This document shows, piece after piece, positions 14,700 through 28,236 of a DNA stretch of 64,000 nt (its first letter is position 1; the number at the start of each line of letters is the position of its first letter). A program made the position numbers and the translations under genes. The stretch lies in the NCBI GenBank assembly GCA_036172245.1, contig JAYWIR010000015.1, positions 4,216,001-4,280,000 on the forward strand, in the 5' to 3' direction. This stretch comes from Raillietiella orientalis. Its lineage: Eukaryota. The notes beneath the pieces are model-generated. The model was not told the origin of the DNA, did not search any database, and saw only the letters and a list, made by a program, of their open reading frames with translations.

Positions 14700-16450
14700 A
14701 CCCGGGTACGCCGGGACGTTTATTAAAACTTTCCTATGGTCAACAACATACGTGGTACAAGGCCCCACTAACGGCCACGCAACAACGGACCTGCCGGGAC
14801 GCCGGGACGCAGCCCGGTATGACTCTCCTAGGCAGTGGAGGGGGATGGGGGAGAAAACAAAAATAAAAATAAAATAAGAAAAAAACAAAAAGAGTTTGGA
14901 GGGCCGGGAAGGGATCACATTTCACTAAGGGGAGGGCCCATCCTTTGTAGGATGCCCTCGAGGTCCTCCTTCATTCTACCCAGCTGGGGCCATCCGGTAG
15001 CTCTCTGCAGGAAGCGAACAGCATACGGGATGACGTCCGTTACGTTGCAATCTTCATCTTCGGCTCACTCCAGGCCGCCACAATACCACGGATGCAGCAA
15101 AGTGCTGCCAGGGCTGCGGCTGGCCTTAGGGCGTCCCGCACGAAGAGAAGACTGTAAACGTCTCTGGGGTTGCCGCCAACCGGTATCCCAAGGGCCGTTC
15201 CGAGACGATCCCACAGAATCCGGAGGGCAGGGCAGTCAACTATAAGGTGGTGGGGGGACTCCCTCTCCCCACACCTGGCACACTCAGGATTCACTCTTCC
15301 CCGCGTCCAGTGGAAGCGGCGCGCGTTGCAGGGTAGACCCTAATGCAGCAACATGAGCGCCGACTCTTGCCACTTCAGGGGAAAGGCTACTCGGAGCGGG
15401 ATCGCAGAGCGAAGCAACTGGTGGCGCTGTGCGTCAGCAGATCGATGGGTGACTAGAAGGGGTCCTCCCCTACCCCACCTTCTCCGAAACCGAAATCCCT
15501 CCGGGAGATCGAAGTCGGAGCCGAGGTATCGACGCTGGACAGTGCCGCGCGCGAGCGGAAAGGCAAGAGCGCCCAGCCGAAAGGGCTCATCTTCCCGGAA
15601 GATGTGACCCCGCCGTCGAGAGCGTACGCCGCTTCTGCGTGCGGGCCGACCTCGCAGCCCCTCAGCTCGAATGCTCAGCGCGTAACGATATGGACGATAA
15701 CGTATGGACGATCCCTGATGTCGTTTCGAACCCGGGGATTGTTTCTTGCTTGCCCCCCGTAGTTTGAAGGACCCCCAGATGAGAGCAGGGCTCTCATCTG
15801 GGGGTCAACGCCAACGCCAACGCCTTCCTCCTCCCGCTTTCGGATCGACCGGATGCGAACGGGAGCAGCAACGGAAAAGGAGGAAAGCCAAGGGGAGAGA
15901 TCCTCAAAGGCAGAAGCTCGGACTTCATGCTCGACGGGACCAGCAGAGGCCTCGCCTAACTCCGTTTGCAATTCCAGAGATCGATAAGATCGGAAGAAAC
16001 TTTTACGAGTCGGAACCCGTTCGAACTTATGCCCCGGTCCCCATCTGCAGGAGTTTTACGATGCGGTGCTGAAGAGGGAGGGAAGTAGGATTTTACGAGC
16101 CAAGAGGAGTCCGAATGGCTCTCCAAGGCAATCGCACGTTCTTGGGGCATTTCAGGGCGTTCCCTCCCCGGCACAAGGCCGAGACCGCCACATAGATCGC
16201 GCAAGTCCTCAGGATTCGGGAGCAGTCCACAGTCCATTAGAAGCCTTTCCTTTCCACGGTCGCTGCCTTTCCCGCTTTGTCTTTCAACGTCCAAGCGATG
16301 CAAGAAAGACACTTGCATTTCGCACCATGTACGGTGGAACGGGGCTGAAGTGCGTAGCAAGGGGAAGAGCAAGTACCCCAGTTGACGCACGTCTTTCGAT
16401 GCTGAGAAAACCCGCGGAAAAGAACGAAGCACGAAAAGTGTGGATTTGAA
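14700..16450 (-). mobile_element. 5'-truncated Tx1/L1-like LINE (ORF2 C-terminal half plus 3' UTR), decayed
   Basis: GGLGL motif (about 16180), zinc knuckle CARCGERESPHHLIVDC (ORF 15040-15294), C-terminal LFVRDAL.PAAALAALCCIRGIVAAWS, T-rich 3' UTR tract, AATAAA, terminal CCCGGG. Confidence 0.85.
15770..15806. repeat. Perfect 17-bp inverted repeat, 3-nt loop
   Basis: gacccccagatgagagc-agg-gctctcatctgggggtc. Confidence 0.95.
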
Positions 16451-18294
16451 ATGAGGGATGCAGAGATGAAAGGGAATCACAGTTACGGTTTAAGAAATGA
16501 AGCTTGGGTTTCCAAATTTCCATTTTTTTCCATTTGTTTTTGCGTGTGTGTGGGTGGGTGACTACGAGACCTCAGAGATTAAGAACGACAGGATCTACGA
16601 TTCTGCCTCAGGGAGAATCAAGAGATGATGAACCTTTGGCTAGTTGATCATCGACTCTTCAATTTTCTAAAACGACGGATGAAACTCACCTGGAAGTAAA
16701 ATTTTTTTTTTTTTTATGTGTATTCTGCTCTCAGCATATGATGATCCTGTATATTCCTGGACATCCATTTTCTGATTCTCACTAACAAAAACAAGTGGAG
16801 GTGACTGACTTTTCGGAAACGTACAAGATTCATCCGATAAAGGAAGGCATCAGAAAGCATCAAGGAATGAGCGTGAATCCCCCGATCCGAGGAACGGCGA
16901 TTTTCACACAGGAGAAGCGTCACTGCATCAGACTTTCTCTCCCCCTTCCCTGCCCCCGCAAAAGCAGCATCCAACGTAGAACTTGCAGGAAATGCAGGGA
17001 GAGGAGTGAAGTGACTGTGACCCATCAAATCAGAGTGAGTTCTATTGCTGAGAGGAAGTCCAGGAAGCACGCGACCCCGAACTGAACACGAGGTGCTCCA
17101 AAGTTTCCAAGGAAACGAAGGAGGACTCCCTCAAGTCCCATGCGGACCAGGTGTCATCTCTTGCCGTAGACGAAACCGGATCTGTGCCGAGAGAGAAATC
17201 GAACGCAGATGGCTCGCCTCATCATTCACCAAGAATTGAGAGCAGGAAATCACTTTCTGATTCGATGGGAAAAAAGGCAGTCGAAGTTGTGACTTCGGAC
17301 GACTTTCAAGGTTCTGACAGACATTTCCCCCAAAAAATGGTTCGTGAAAGGTCCAAGGAGAGTCATGCAAGAGGTGTCAGACCAAAAGATGGATAGGACA
17401 CAAGGCGCAGAGACGAATAGGGCGATCAAGAAAATATAAATTCCCTCATACCAAAAAGAAACCGTCGGGAGAAATATAAATATGGACACACGTCTGGGTG
17501 GAGCAACATTACGATGTTTCCGGAAGCTGATTCCTGGAGCAGCAAGTCTCGTATAATGCAAGGGACACGTTCCACGTTAAACGGGGGTTCGTACTATCAT
17601 ATGATCCATATATAATCCATAGGGCTTGTATAACGCGGATTCGTGTAGCACGGCGAAAAGATGGCGGCCTACGATCAAAGTAAAATGGTAAATCAGCCCC
17701 GTGGGGATCTTCATGTGTCAAAGAGCCAGTTCTTGAAAAGAACACGAACTGGCAATCAAAGGAGCTCGAATTTTGTTTTATCAGGTTTTCCTCAATAAAA
17801 GGGCTCGAGAAGATACGTTTTCCAACAACGAGGATGAATGATGGAGCCGAAGCCACAGAACCCTTCGGGTCCATTTAGTGACACAACTCGGGAAGCGTTT
17901 TTTTTTTTGTTCCGAGTTGAACGACCAACAAAAACTTCTGTTTTCTTTTGTGTTTTGAGGTGGAGTAACAATATGGTACTATTTTAACGTCTAATGTATA
18001 TATTTTTCTCCTGAATTCTATTGTATTATCCACGTATAACCTATAGGACTCGTATAACGCGGAATGTATCTGCCGCCATATACAGTGGCCTACTGTATAC
18101 ATAATTCAGGTACCAGTCATCCCCCAAATAATTGATATCATGAGCGTGTTGTAATCCACGAAGACTAGATTGAGATGCTTCAACTTCAAATTGGGCAACG
18201 TGTGTATGTTGTTCTCTTTTCTTTATAGCTTTTATTGTATTTTCATTTTTGGTGAAAATGTCTTAATGCTTACCCTCCCCGCCTTATGAAGGAA

Positions 18295-18435
18295 CCTATT
18301 CTTGCTTGCCCCCCGTAGTTTGGAGGGCCCCCAGATGGGAGGTAGGAAAACTTGAGCCAACGCCTTCCTCCTCCCGCCTTCGGACCTACCGGATGCGAAC
18401 GGGAACAGCCACGGAGAAGGAGGAAAGCCTGACCT
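18295..18435 (-). mobile_element. Internal fragment of the same Tx1-like LINE family
   Basis: Close match to about 15743-15890 (ttcttgcttgccccccgtagtttg...ccggatgcgaacggga...aggaggaaagcc). Confidence 0.75.
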
Positions 18436-21400
18436 ATTAATGGGCCGCATCTGTCTGGATTTGGAGTTGGTAAAATATTCGGCATGAGCCGGTTTCGAAT
18501 CCCGAAATGAAAACGATTGCTGGGATCCTGAATTTTCGTCGATGCTTTGCTCTGTAAGGACACGGACAGCCATACCGGAAACAGCGGATTCATGAATCGT
18601 CTTCACCATGAAGAAGGCTTTATTTCGTTGATTTCTCTGTCGAATACGGCAGGACGCGCAACGTGATCAGGTTTTAGTAGGCAGTGCTAATTTTTCTCGT
18701 ATCCCCGTGCCCCTTGCCCCACAAAAGAGGATACGCATGTGATGATCTCATCCCCTTCAAAAATAACAACAACAAACTTCCCCCCCTCCCCCCGGCAGAT
18801 TTGCGGCACAGGCTGTTTCCACACCGCGGGTTCCTCTTCATGAGCGTAAAGGTCCCCCCCAACCACTTTACGTGCTCGTGAAGTGGTTGAATTCCTGGGA
18901 ACGCTGATGAATCATTACGAAGAAGTGTCCTGTAGCCAAAGCAGCCACTGCCACTCTGGAAACCCAGCAGATGGACCCTGGAAATCCGAAGTAACGTGTT
19001 GATTAAGGACGAGGAGGAGTTTTTCCGGTGCTTCCAACGAAGCAGTGGTGTGGGTGGAGGAGGATGTAGTTCGATACCAACGAAACAGGAACTGCGACTT
19101 CCTGTTTAATTCACATAGTGATTGAGTGGAGAATATGATAAGCAAGTTGATTAGAATACCTCGAAGCTGGTTGATTGATCGATGATTTCAGGGAACGGTC
19201 CCTCTTGCAGAAGTAATTATTCTAGAGAAATGATCCCTGATTATTTGCAAAGGCTGCATCGTTTTTTCAGTGGTGTTTTCGTGATATCCGCTTTTGCTAG
19301 GCAAGTTAAAAGCAATTTTGGAAAATTGAAATGATTCCGGAAAGATACTTCCTTTCAGTAATTTCCTTTCATTTCCGTATCTAATTTTTTGTTTAGTGCC
19401 GTTTACTGGAGACTCAAATGATTCGTGAATGAAATTTCAAAAGAAAATACAAACAAGACTGTTTAAAATCACAAATCCTATGTATGATTTCATACAAGTC
19501 ATGTCCCGGAAGTACCCTTTATTTCAGAATTTTGCTGGGAAGTGTGAGATTTGAAGCGCTCACTCTTCGTGGATACTACTTGGAATTGTATGAATGGTCT
19601 CGAAGGAAAAGATCACTTCGCAACAGAAGCATCCCGAGGAGATCAGGATTGATGCAGATCTAATACACCCGAAGGAGAAATACATTTCATCAACCATATA
19701 TTGCGCGAACTGCATCCTGGTTTGATCCCAGGATTCTGCACCTTCAGCATCCTCGCCTCCTGTAACAGAACCAGAAATTTCAGCATCACTTGAACATGCA
19801 CCTGCGTTTGCAGAAGCTCCAGAGAGAACAAGAAGATCTCGTTTCGAGGCAAAAGGAAATCTATCGCCAAGAAGAGATGATTAAACGCTGCATCAGTGAG
19901 AAATTTCCCGAAAAGGAAGGAGCACTCTCATTCCAACAGCACAGTGTTATATTCTGCAAGCAAAACGAGCTGTCTGCAAAACGCCAGAAAACGTCCCTGA
20001 ATTCAGAAAGGGATCTCTTGAAATGTCGAGATGGAAAGTGAGGTCCCTGGAAGCATCTTCAGATCATTGCGTTGGTGTTATTTCGGGATCCGGAGCTGTC
20101 ATGGCATCTGGGATATCCCCACAGGATACGGATTAGGGTGTTGCTCAAGTTATTATGGGAAAAGACTGCACTGCTGCTGGAAATACTTTGGGACTCTGTG
20201 CTCATCTTGACCTTAAGGGAAGAAAGCAGTGCGTGTCCAGACTCACTAGAATCACCGAGTAATGATCGTTCGCGTTTCGAGTTTTGGAAAGACGTACTTC
20301 CTGGTTTTCCTCGAAGGCATGGAAATACCGAAGAAGCAACCTCTTACCACGACGAGCTTGTACGTGATCTTCCGACGCTGAACGATTTCTGGAAGGATCG
20401 AGTGCAACCCTTAGGCGAACACGCTGGAGGCTTCTCCAGGAACTCCATGTGCCATTCCAGGCAGTGCTGTCAATCGACTGACCTATTCCCTGTTACTTCC
20501 CGAGAGAAGCAGTACTTCGAAAAAGAACGACGTAAAGAGTGATCTTCACTGCTGAGGTCTAAGACCGAACAAACCACAGCACGTGATGCATATGCAGGAT
20601 TCTGAACGTGCACGGTTTTCCTGAAAGTTTCTTTGGAAAACATTTCCAGAAACCGAATCATTCTTCCTCGCTCCGTTTCGTGCAGACGAAAAATCGGCAC
20701 GAAAATCCATCGGTTACTTTATGAAGGGCCCACGCTAGAATACGCCCTTGGTGACGAAGCATTGCTTTGCATGCTTGGAAAATGGAAAGGTGGAGCATAA
20801 AACCAGATGCTGTTACCGTATGGATAAAGGAAAGAATAAAGAAGGATTCATTAACGCGGATGTTACGAGGGAGTTGATTTGAAAACACCCCTCTTTCGGT
20901 CTTTATTTCTCGAGATGCAGAATTCTGTAAGATCCGGGAGAGTTTGTGATAGTCTTTCCTTGGTTCTGCATGTCTGTCGCTGGTCCTCAGTGTCCTTCGA
21001 GTACATCTTTGATGGCGCATAGATATCTTTCGATCGATCTCACTGCTTCACACCAGTAGAGATTCGTGCGCCCTGTGGCAAATAGCTATGTCGGAGGGGA
21101 GGGAGGGAGACGTCTAGATGCTTTTGCTCCTTACATAGATGTTGGAATCCATTCGCTGAATAGCAATCGAGATGAATTCAGATCTCTGAATTCAATGTAC
21201 CAAGGGACTGGTAAACCTACAAGCGATGCGATTTTCAGCCTCTTCTGTCACTGAATATCGAAGAGAAATCATACGTCGCCAAAATTGAGGATGGACTAAA
21301 CGGACGAAAGAGGATTTTTTGAGATTGGTTTTCTTGGGAAGGAACCACTGAACCAGTGTAACCCAGTCTTGGAATTCGACTGGCTCTGATTTCGCATTCA

Positions 21401-22502
21401 TGTGCAAGTTCCTCCAAAAAGGCGGACCTTGGAAATTTCCTACAACGGGGGCGAGTTTCCAAGAACAAGCGACGAACCCTCATTCGGTTTGTGGTGTGTC
21501 TTTTTTTTTATTTTGGATTATTGAAAGTGTTTTTCGCCTCCATCTCACTCCCCATCTTGATGTGATGACTTGGTGACTCTAAAAACCGCCTACTGGAAGC
21601 GCAGGGAACTCAGGGTCAAATCGAAGTGTTGTGATCTGAATGGTGTGATTATGAGCCTCTAAATGCTCGGACCTGATGCTGTGGTAGACCTGTGGATTTT
21701 GTTCCTCAAAAAGAGTGCACATCAGATTTACATGCATTGATGCATCTCATTAGATGAAAAAAAAAAAAAAATCCAAGGGATGACTCTCCTTTCTTCTGGA
21801 AACTCCCTACACGAGCCAAGTGATGATTGCTCTTGATTTTTCGACTGACGTATTTTCTGGTCTCGAGCAGTCCTATATATGACAAAACGAGCACCATGGT
21901 CACTAAAGGATGAACAGCATCCAAAAGGAGATTCAGTGTGCATCATACGTATGCTCGTTGCAGATGAGATTCTTGGATCTTCTAATAAATCTTCCACGGG
22001 ACTATTAGAGAAATGATGTGAGGATGACACCGATACCATATATCGCATGTGATGGTGCCTTTCCTGACGTCGATTAGTGAGAAATGGGAAGCAGCGGGGG
22101 ATTTCTCTATCAAAGCATCTTGAGCAATTTTATTTTGCAAGGTCACCATCCCTTCCGTTCTCTTCTGACGGTTCTGACACGGCACTCAGAGCGTGAGATC
22201 TGCCTGCGCTAGCAAAAAGGATAGGAGAATATTTGGAGGCCGCAGAAGGATTTCGAACCGACGCTGACACGGCAGATGAAATTCACACAACCCCGAACTC
22301 CTCTTTCCTTTCAGGGAAGCGTCTTTCACAGCCAAACGGAATGGACGAACTGCCCTCAACGTGGTGGTAAGTTTCAGAATTGACTTTGGGCAGAAAGCCA
22401 AACGGTTAACAAATGAGGCAAGAGGAAGTGGACCGTTACAAGCGCCACGTTCGGAGGAAATAATTTTTTCCTTTTTCTTTTCCCGTTCCTTTTCGGGTTT
22501 AC

Positions 22503-22640
22503 CGTGGAAATCAGACATTGCTCCGCCGACTGCGGCCATCTCTGCTGTTTACCTCTCGCGTGGGGCTCGCAGCCAGTTGCGGGAGTGACGTCGACCGCCG
22601 TTCCCGGCAGTCAGGTGACGGCGACCGACCAATAGGAAGC
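22503..22640 (-). other. Candidate first exon (MAAVGGAMSDFH) with a CpG-rich promoter-like region; gene not resolved
   Basis: ATG at 22539, GTAAAC donor, and nearby TGACGTC and CCAAT motifs. The downstream candidate exon contains an in-frame stop. Confidence 0.25.
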
Positions 22641-23704
22641 TCCCCAAGTCATGGTGTCATGTATCGACCGGATGGCGTGCTCCAGATGCCTGGGAAACCG
22701 TAAACGGTCATCCACGGGGCATGCTGGAAGGGGGAACTTTTTCTGCAATAATAAAAAAAAAAAAAGTCTGAGGGGCTTCCGGCATTCAGTGTACGTAGGT
22801 AGCCACCTATCTTTTCGTCAAAGTCGCTTCTATTGCATTTTCATTTTTAGTCGAAACGTCTTTGCAACGTCCACGCTGGTCCGCACTGACGGCAAACGAT
22901 TCTCTAAGACCGCTTTCTATCGGAGAAGCCCCACCCTATGTCTGCTGCCAGAAAGGGCGCAGTGATGCTTCCTCCAGGCAAAAATGGGGCTCTCGAAAAC
23001 ACACTTCGAGAGGATAGGACCTCAGCTACCGGACTTTGGTTGAGAATGTGGGAGAAGGAAAAACCAAATCGGTCTTCCGGTGACTTGAGAACGAGAGTGT
23101 TACGACCTTTGACGGAATGTCCCCAGTAGCTGGCTTTCACCGGTCCAAAGTGCATTGGAAAAACCAACGATCCTTCCTAGGAGGTGTTTCTTCAAGTTAG
23201 CTGGGAAGGAAAAACACCTTAAAACAGCGTGAGCTCCTCTTTATCTTCGTGTCACGAGCATGGTGTGCGCGAAACGAGGAGTGCATCTTCGTTTCTGACA
23301 CCTGGTGCATTCCACCTCAGTTCTTAAATAGCTAAATGCAAGGCTAAGAATTTTTTTTCTTCTTTCTCTCCCCTTTTGCGTGCTTCTTCCTTTTGCCCAA
23401 CCGGGGATCATTCTTGCAAATGCGAAGGCAGGAGGACTGCTGCTCCTCTGCTCCATGTTCAGGTGCGACGGTATTGCTGGAGAAAATGCACAAGTTGCTG
23501 AACGTAACGGGACTATTCCGTGGGTTGGATTCATTCAGCCCATCTGAATGCTCGAGTTCTGTTCCAAGTCGTGGGAATGGAGATAGGGAAGACTTGCCCG
23601 CGCCACAGAGAAATGCCGAAGGGAGCGAATGCAAGTCTCCCAGCCCTCTCTGTCCCTGCGAAGCATGGTGGTGTTCAAAGTGAACCAGAGGAGGCGAAGG
23701 TGGT

Positions 23705-23973
23705 GTCCCTCCGGAGAGAATGAGGAAGGAGATTCCCTTCTGGGTTCCCCTTCTGAGACAACCAGGGTGAGAGGTGAGATCCTCCCTTCCCGAACATGAG
23801 AGGAACGGACTCCGAGCCTTCCTGGATTCATAGGGCGGACCCTTCTGGGGTGCGCTTCTATCTTGAAGAATAACATGCACCCTCCGCGGGAGGCGTGGAA
23901 CAGTGTTAAAGAGCCACGTGCGCCGCGAGGCACGCGACCGGCTATTGAGGTACTTTGCGAACCAAAAAAAAAA
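23705..23973 (+). mobile_element. SINE-like element copy 2 (5'-truncated, A-tailed)
   Basis: Matches the 3' third of 60860-61550 (gagaggaacggactcc, ggattcatagg, tcttgaagaa, gtggaacag) and ends gcgaacc(A)11. Confidence 0.85.
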
Positions 23974-25769
23974 AGTAAAACCTGAAAAAACTGGAAAAAA
24001 AATGCTGCGAAACATAGCGAAGAGAGAGGAGGCGAACGAAAAAGAGAGGGAGAGAATGGCAGCCATGTTGTACAATCCGCATCCCTCCGATTCTCAGGTT
24101 CCCGCTGTCTCAAATGCGCGGGGACGTCACAACCAAAAAAGGAAAAAAAGCAACATGCGGATGCTTCACGATGAGGAAAGCTAAATGATAAAATCGCCAT
24201 GGTGAGAGACATTATGTAGTCTCTGGAATACTACCCAGCGGCATCTATTCTCTCGTCTTGGCCACTTCCTAAACTGGAGAACAGGCCAATCGTCTGCCTG
24301 CTTTCAAGTCCACTCACCGATCGCCTTGTATTTCTTGGCGTCTCTTAAGCGAAATCCACTCAAAAGTTGCATTGGACCAACTGCAACAAGTAAAAAGCCA
24401 TGAGCCAGCCAAGCGAAAATTTCATAAATTGTTTTCTTCCATGCTATGAGACGCCTCGCCCATTTGGGACTTTTGTTCTCCCTTATGGCTGCCAAGTTAA
24501 CGGAAGAACAAGATAAGTAATGCAAGGGCACAATGATTATGTAAAGTAAATCTCAAGTTACGTGCATCCTCAGGTTCTCAACTAAGCTCGGGGTCATATT
24601 GATAATCTTCCTTTAATTGATTGGGAATTTTGGATTTCAGCTTTACATGTTTAAGAGTCCCATTGCTATGGAAAATGAATCTCCGACAACGCTTCCCATC
24701 GATCTCTCCTCAACTTCAGCTGCTCTTTTCGTCTGAGTGATGTTATTTTTTAACTTTCACGTCAAACGGTCAAAAGTATAGACGTTCTACTAAAACTAGC
24801 CTCACACAGAGAATCATTCAAAATCTAAACGGAAGGCTAACATTGCATCTTGATGGTGCATCTTGCATATCTACCCTAGAAACGGCAATCTGTTTCTTGC
24901 TATCATGCTCAATGGAAAATGAATTGCTATTTTTTTCTACGTATGGAGGATATTGCAGTACTCCAAAGCGTACTAATGCGAAAAAAATGGAAATACGAAT
25001 AAATAAGTTAATAATGCATTACACGCATCACTATAAATTTTACACATAAACTACTATGTTTTACTAATTAATCAGCTATACACCAGGAAGTATACACTGA
25101 TTGATAAATTAACACAGAAATGTATGTCTATAGACTATTAGAAATCCATGATGGTTTATCGGTAACACTGAGATATCCCTGTCTGAGAACGTTTATACTG
25201 ATGCATTCAAACTACATTCATATATGTGTACCTATCCGTATATATGCATACATATGCTTGGATTGGTACCTGATCGTATAAGTGCATATTATGGCAGCCG
25301 ATAATCATCACACAATAAATGATTCCAAGAATGGCCACCGAGAAACGCTGATGTTTGCAACGTTTTTGTCACAGACATCTTGTTCAAAAAATGTGGTAGA
25401 ATTTCGTGTACCATGACATCCTACCAAACTTTCTAACCAATGGAAATTAGATGGATGCGTATACTACATACTAGAAATACAGCCCAACATAGTGAGGATC
25501 AAAGACGAAAAGGCAGAAACCAAATCACAGCGGAACACGGAATGAAATAAAATTAAATTAAGTCGAGAGAAGAAGATCTGCTCACAAAGATATTTGATTC
25601 GTCCGCTACTTTGGAAAGAAAGGTTTCTGGCAAAACTCAAGGAATAGCCTAGAGAATAACTGAGCACACGATCTTACAAAGGACATAGCAGTGCACGTCC
25701 CACGGCAAAATGGAGCCTCGTGTTCCTCGGATAACGCAAATGCTTTTCTTTTTCTTGTGATTTGGATAC

Positions 25770-26325
25770 TCTTCCTTGTTCGGAACTTGCTCCTACAGCC
25801 TGAGGTCCCCTCTGGGAACGGTTCGGGACGACCCTCGGGCTCCCTACGGGCAGCACCCCCAGAGACGTTCTTCGGCCCCTCTTCGTGAAGGACGCACTGC
25901 AGCCAGCCGCAGCCATCGCAGCCTTGTGCTGCGTCCGTGGCATCGTGGCGGCATGGAGCGACGCCAACAACGGAGGAGTGGGTCCACACGCGAGGGATGT
26001 CATCCCATATGCCCAACGCTTCTTGCGGAGAGCTGCCGGATGGCCCCAACTGGGGAATACGCGGATGGACCTCGAGGGCTTCCTTCAACGGATGGGTCCT
26101 CCTCACAGCGAATAGTGATCCCTTCCCTGCCCCCCAACTTCTTTTTGTTTGTTTATTTTTTATTTTTCTTTTTGTTTTATCCCCATCCCCCTTCGCTGCT
26201 GAGGAACCCTACGCCGGGCTGCGTCCCGGCGTCCCGGCAGGTCCCGTGCGTATGGCCGTGAGCGGGGCCTTGTACCGCGTATGCAGAGTTTTTTTTAAAT
26301 AAACGCCCCGGGCGTACCCGGGTGT
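25770..26325 (+). mobile_element. 3' fragment of Tx1/L1-like LINE
   Basis: KDALQPAAAIAALCCVRGIVAAWS...WPQLGNTRMDLEGFLQRMG*. The 3' UTR is homologous to 14700-14940 and ends aataaacgccccgggcgtacccgggt. Confidence 0.85.
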
Positions 26326-28236
26326 AAACCTACAGTCTGAGGTCCAATTTGGAATGACCTGGTTCTTCGTGCGATCGTACAAGAAGGAAACGAGTAGAAA
26401 TCACGATTTGGTGACTGCTGAAATTTCGAAAGAGAAGATGGAAGAGTGGCAACACAAAACAAAACCAAGCAGCGAAGCGACGGTTTCCTGTAAAGCAGAA
26501 ATTCTCAGTGTGTGAAAATGTGGACGTCCATCAAAGAGAATGGCGTGTTTTCACGGGCCTTCCACGCAATCAAGATGCGACTGACCAAGATACTAGAAAG
26601 AATGCTTCCTTCGTTTATAAAAGAAACACAGTTTCGATAGTTACGAAATCGGTTGCCAATGATGGTTCATGATTATGAGCATTTTCAAACACAGGAATCA
26701 ATGATTCGAACTCCCCTCCGTTAAACTCGGCAGATTGCACTATGATTTTAAAATTGGGTTGCTCGGATCTTTGGCTTGCAGGCGATGGCATCTCAGACGC
26801 TTACTTGATAGTGCTGTCGTGAAATTTCGAATTGCTTACAGATTATTATGTATTCCCTGTATAATAGGCACCACTTTTTTTTCTTTTTGGCTCTCATCAA
26901 TTTGCATTATGCATATTTTATTAGCTTTGTTTTCGGTGGGGAAGGAGAACTCGGGGAGCTTAAACCGTCTTTAAGATGAAATCATAGCACCTTATTGAAT
27001 TCAAGCATCTGTCCCTATGTAGTTGGTCTTCCATGGGTGGAAGCGATGCTTTGAGTAGACACGGCAGCGTGCACAGATGCCGATTTCGGGCGCAGAGCAA
27101 TTAGCAGCCAGGGAAATCCAAAGGCACAATTTTCCGAGAACCACCTGCATGGTGACGGATGATTGAAATCAAGAGTTCGCCGCGACGGCGTGGTCCATGG
27201 AAGGAGGGCAGTTTCACTCTCGAGAACCCAAGGCCGCCTCCGTCGGTTTCGATTGCGGAAGTTTTCGTTGCTCGCTGCCAAGCCAAGATCTCGCCTGCTC
27301 AGAAGTGCTGGTGATGAGAACGCGGAACTCGGAATTGAAATTCATGGGTACTGAAATCATTTTCACGTGACCGGGCTGCCTGAGGGATTTCATGGCATGC
27401 GAGCAAACTGTTGTGCCACAAGACCCGTGTGTGCTGCTCACGATGGCAGCTGCCACAGTCCACCGCTGTACGAACAAGGCACGTGTTGGCGATCTTGTAA
27501 AATTCTAAACGCAAAAGTTACGTATTTGGACAAGTTGCGGATATATGCTTACTAATACTGTACTAAAGAGGTAGCAATTTAGATTTTTTTTTACGTCTGT
27601 ATTCTACTGCCGATCTTTACAAGTTCGAGATGCTTGAACCAGCCATGGGGGTCATTTTTCCCGCTACGGACCGCATGCCCGTTTGAGAAGAACGCTGCCG
27701 GGTCACGATTTTTGACCCATGAATGCCACTTTCTTGGCATTCAGAATTCATGTTAGCTAATTTATTCCATTTTTCTTTTTTACCTTAGTTATCGTCCTTG
27801 GCTGGTCAGTCTTCGGGATGCACTCGGAAAAATATGAACAAAAGCGACTGAGGAATCCATCTCTTTTGTTGAGCAACAAATGCATTCGTAAAACATCAAG
27901 TAAAACAATTATGGAGACACAGACACACACACAACTCTATTAAATCCTTAAGAATCAGTCGTTTTTGGAACAGTTTTTTGGCACTTTTTTTTGGTTCAAA
28001 GAGTCAAAAGACTTCAAAAAACTCTTCGGGTCGGATGAGGCACGAGTTGACTAAGCAAAAGAGTCTTCATTCTCTGACCAGTACTTCATGACAAAGAAAC
28101 ACTCGCAAGGGAGTGGTAAAGGTTCGCAAATTGCATTTTGCCCACGAATGGCAATATGAAGCTGGTACTAATCACATCTGCTCAACCTATCAGCACAAAG
28201 CCAAAAAAAGGAGTTGAAATCCTTGTCAGGGACATT

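Noticed and set aside
18295..18435. Duplicated structured ncRNA (two copies, with 15743-15890)
   Set aside because: The other copy lies inside LINE ORF2, so this is a TE fragment.
23344..24212. Long ORFs over the SINE copies (e.g. 243 aa at 23344-24075, also 56958-57482 and 61207-61578) sharing LFNAVPHHLR and PYESRK
   Set aside because: The shared peptides come from the repeat itself, lie antisense to its polarity, and frames are not conserved between copies. The resemblance of either strand to CR1/L2 C-termini is too weak to call.
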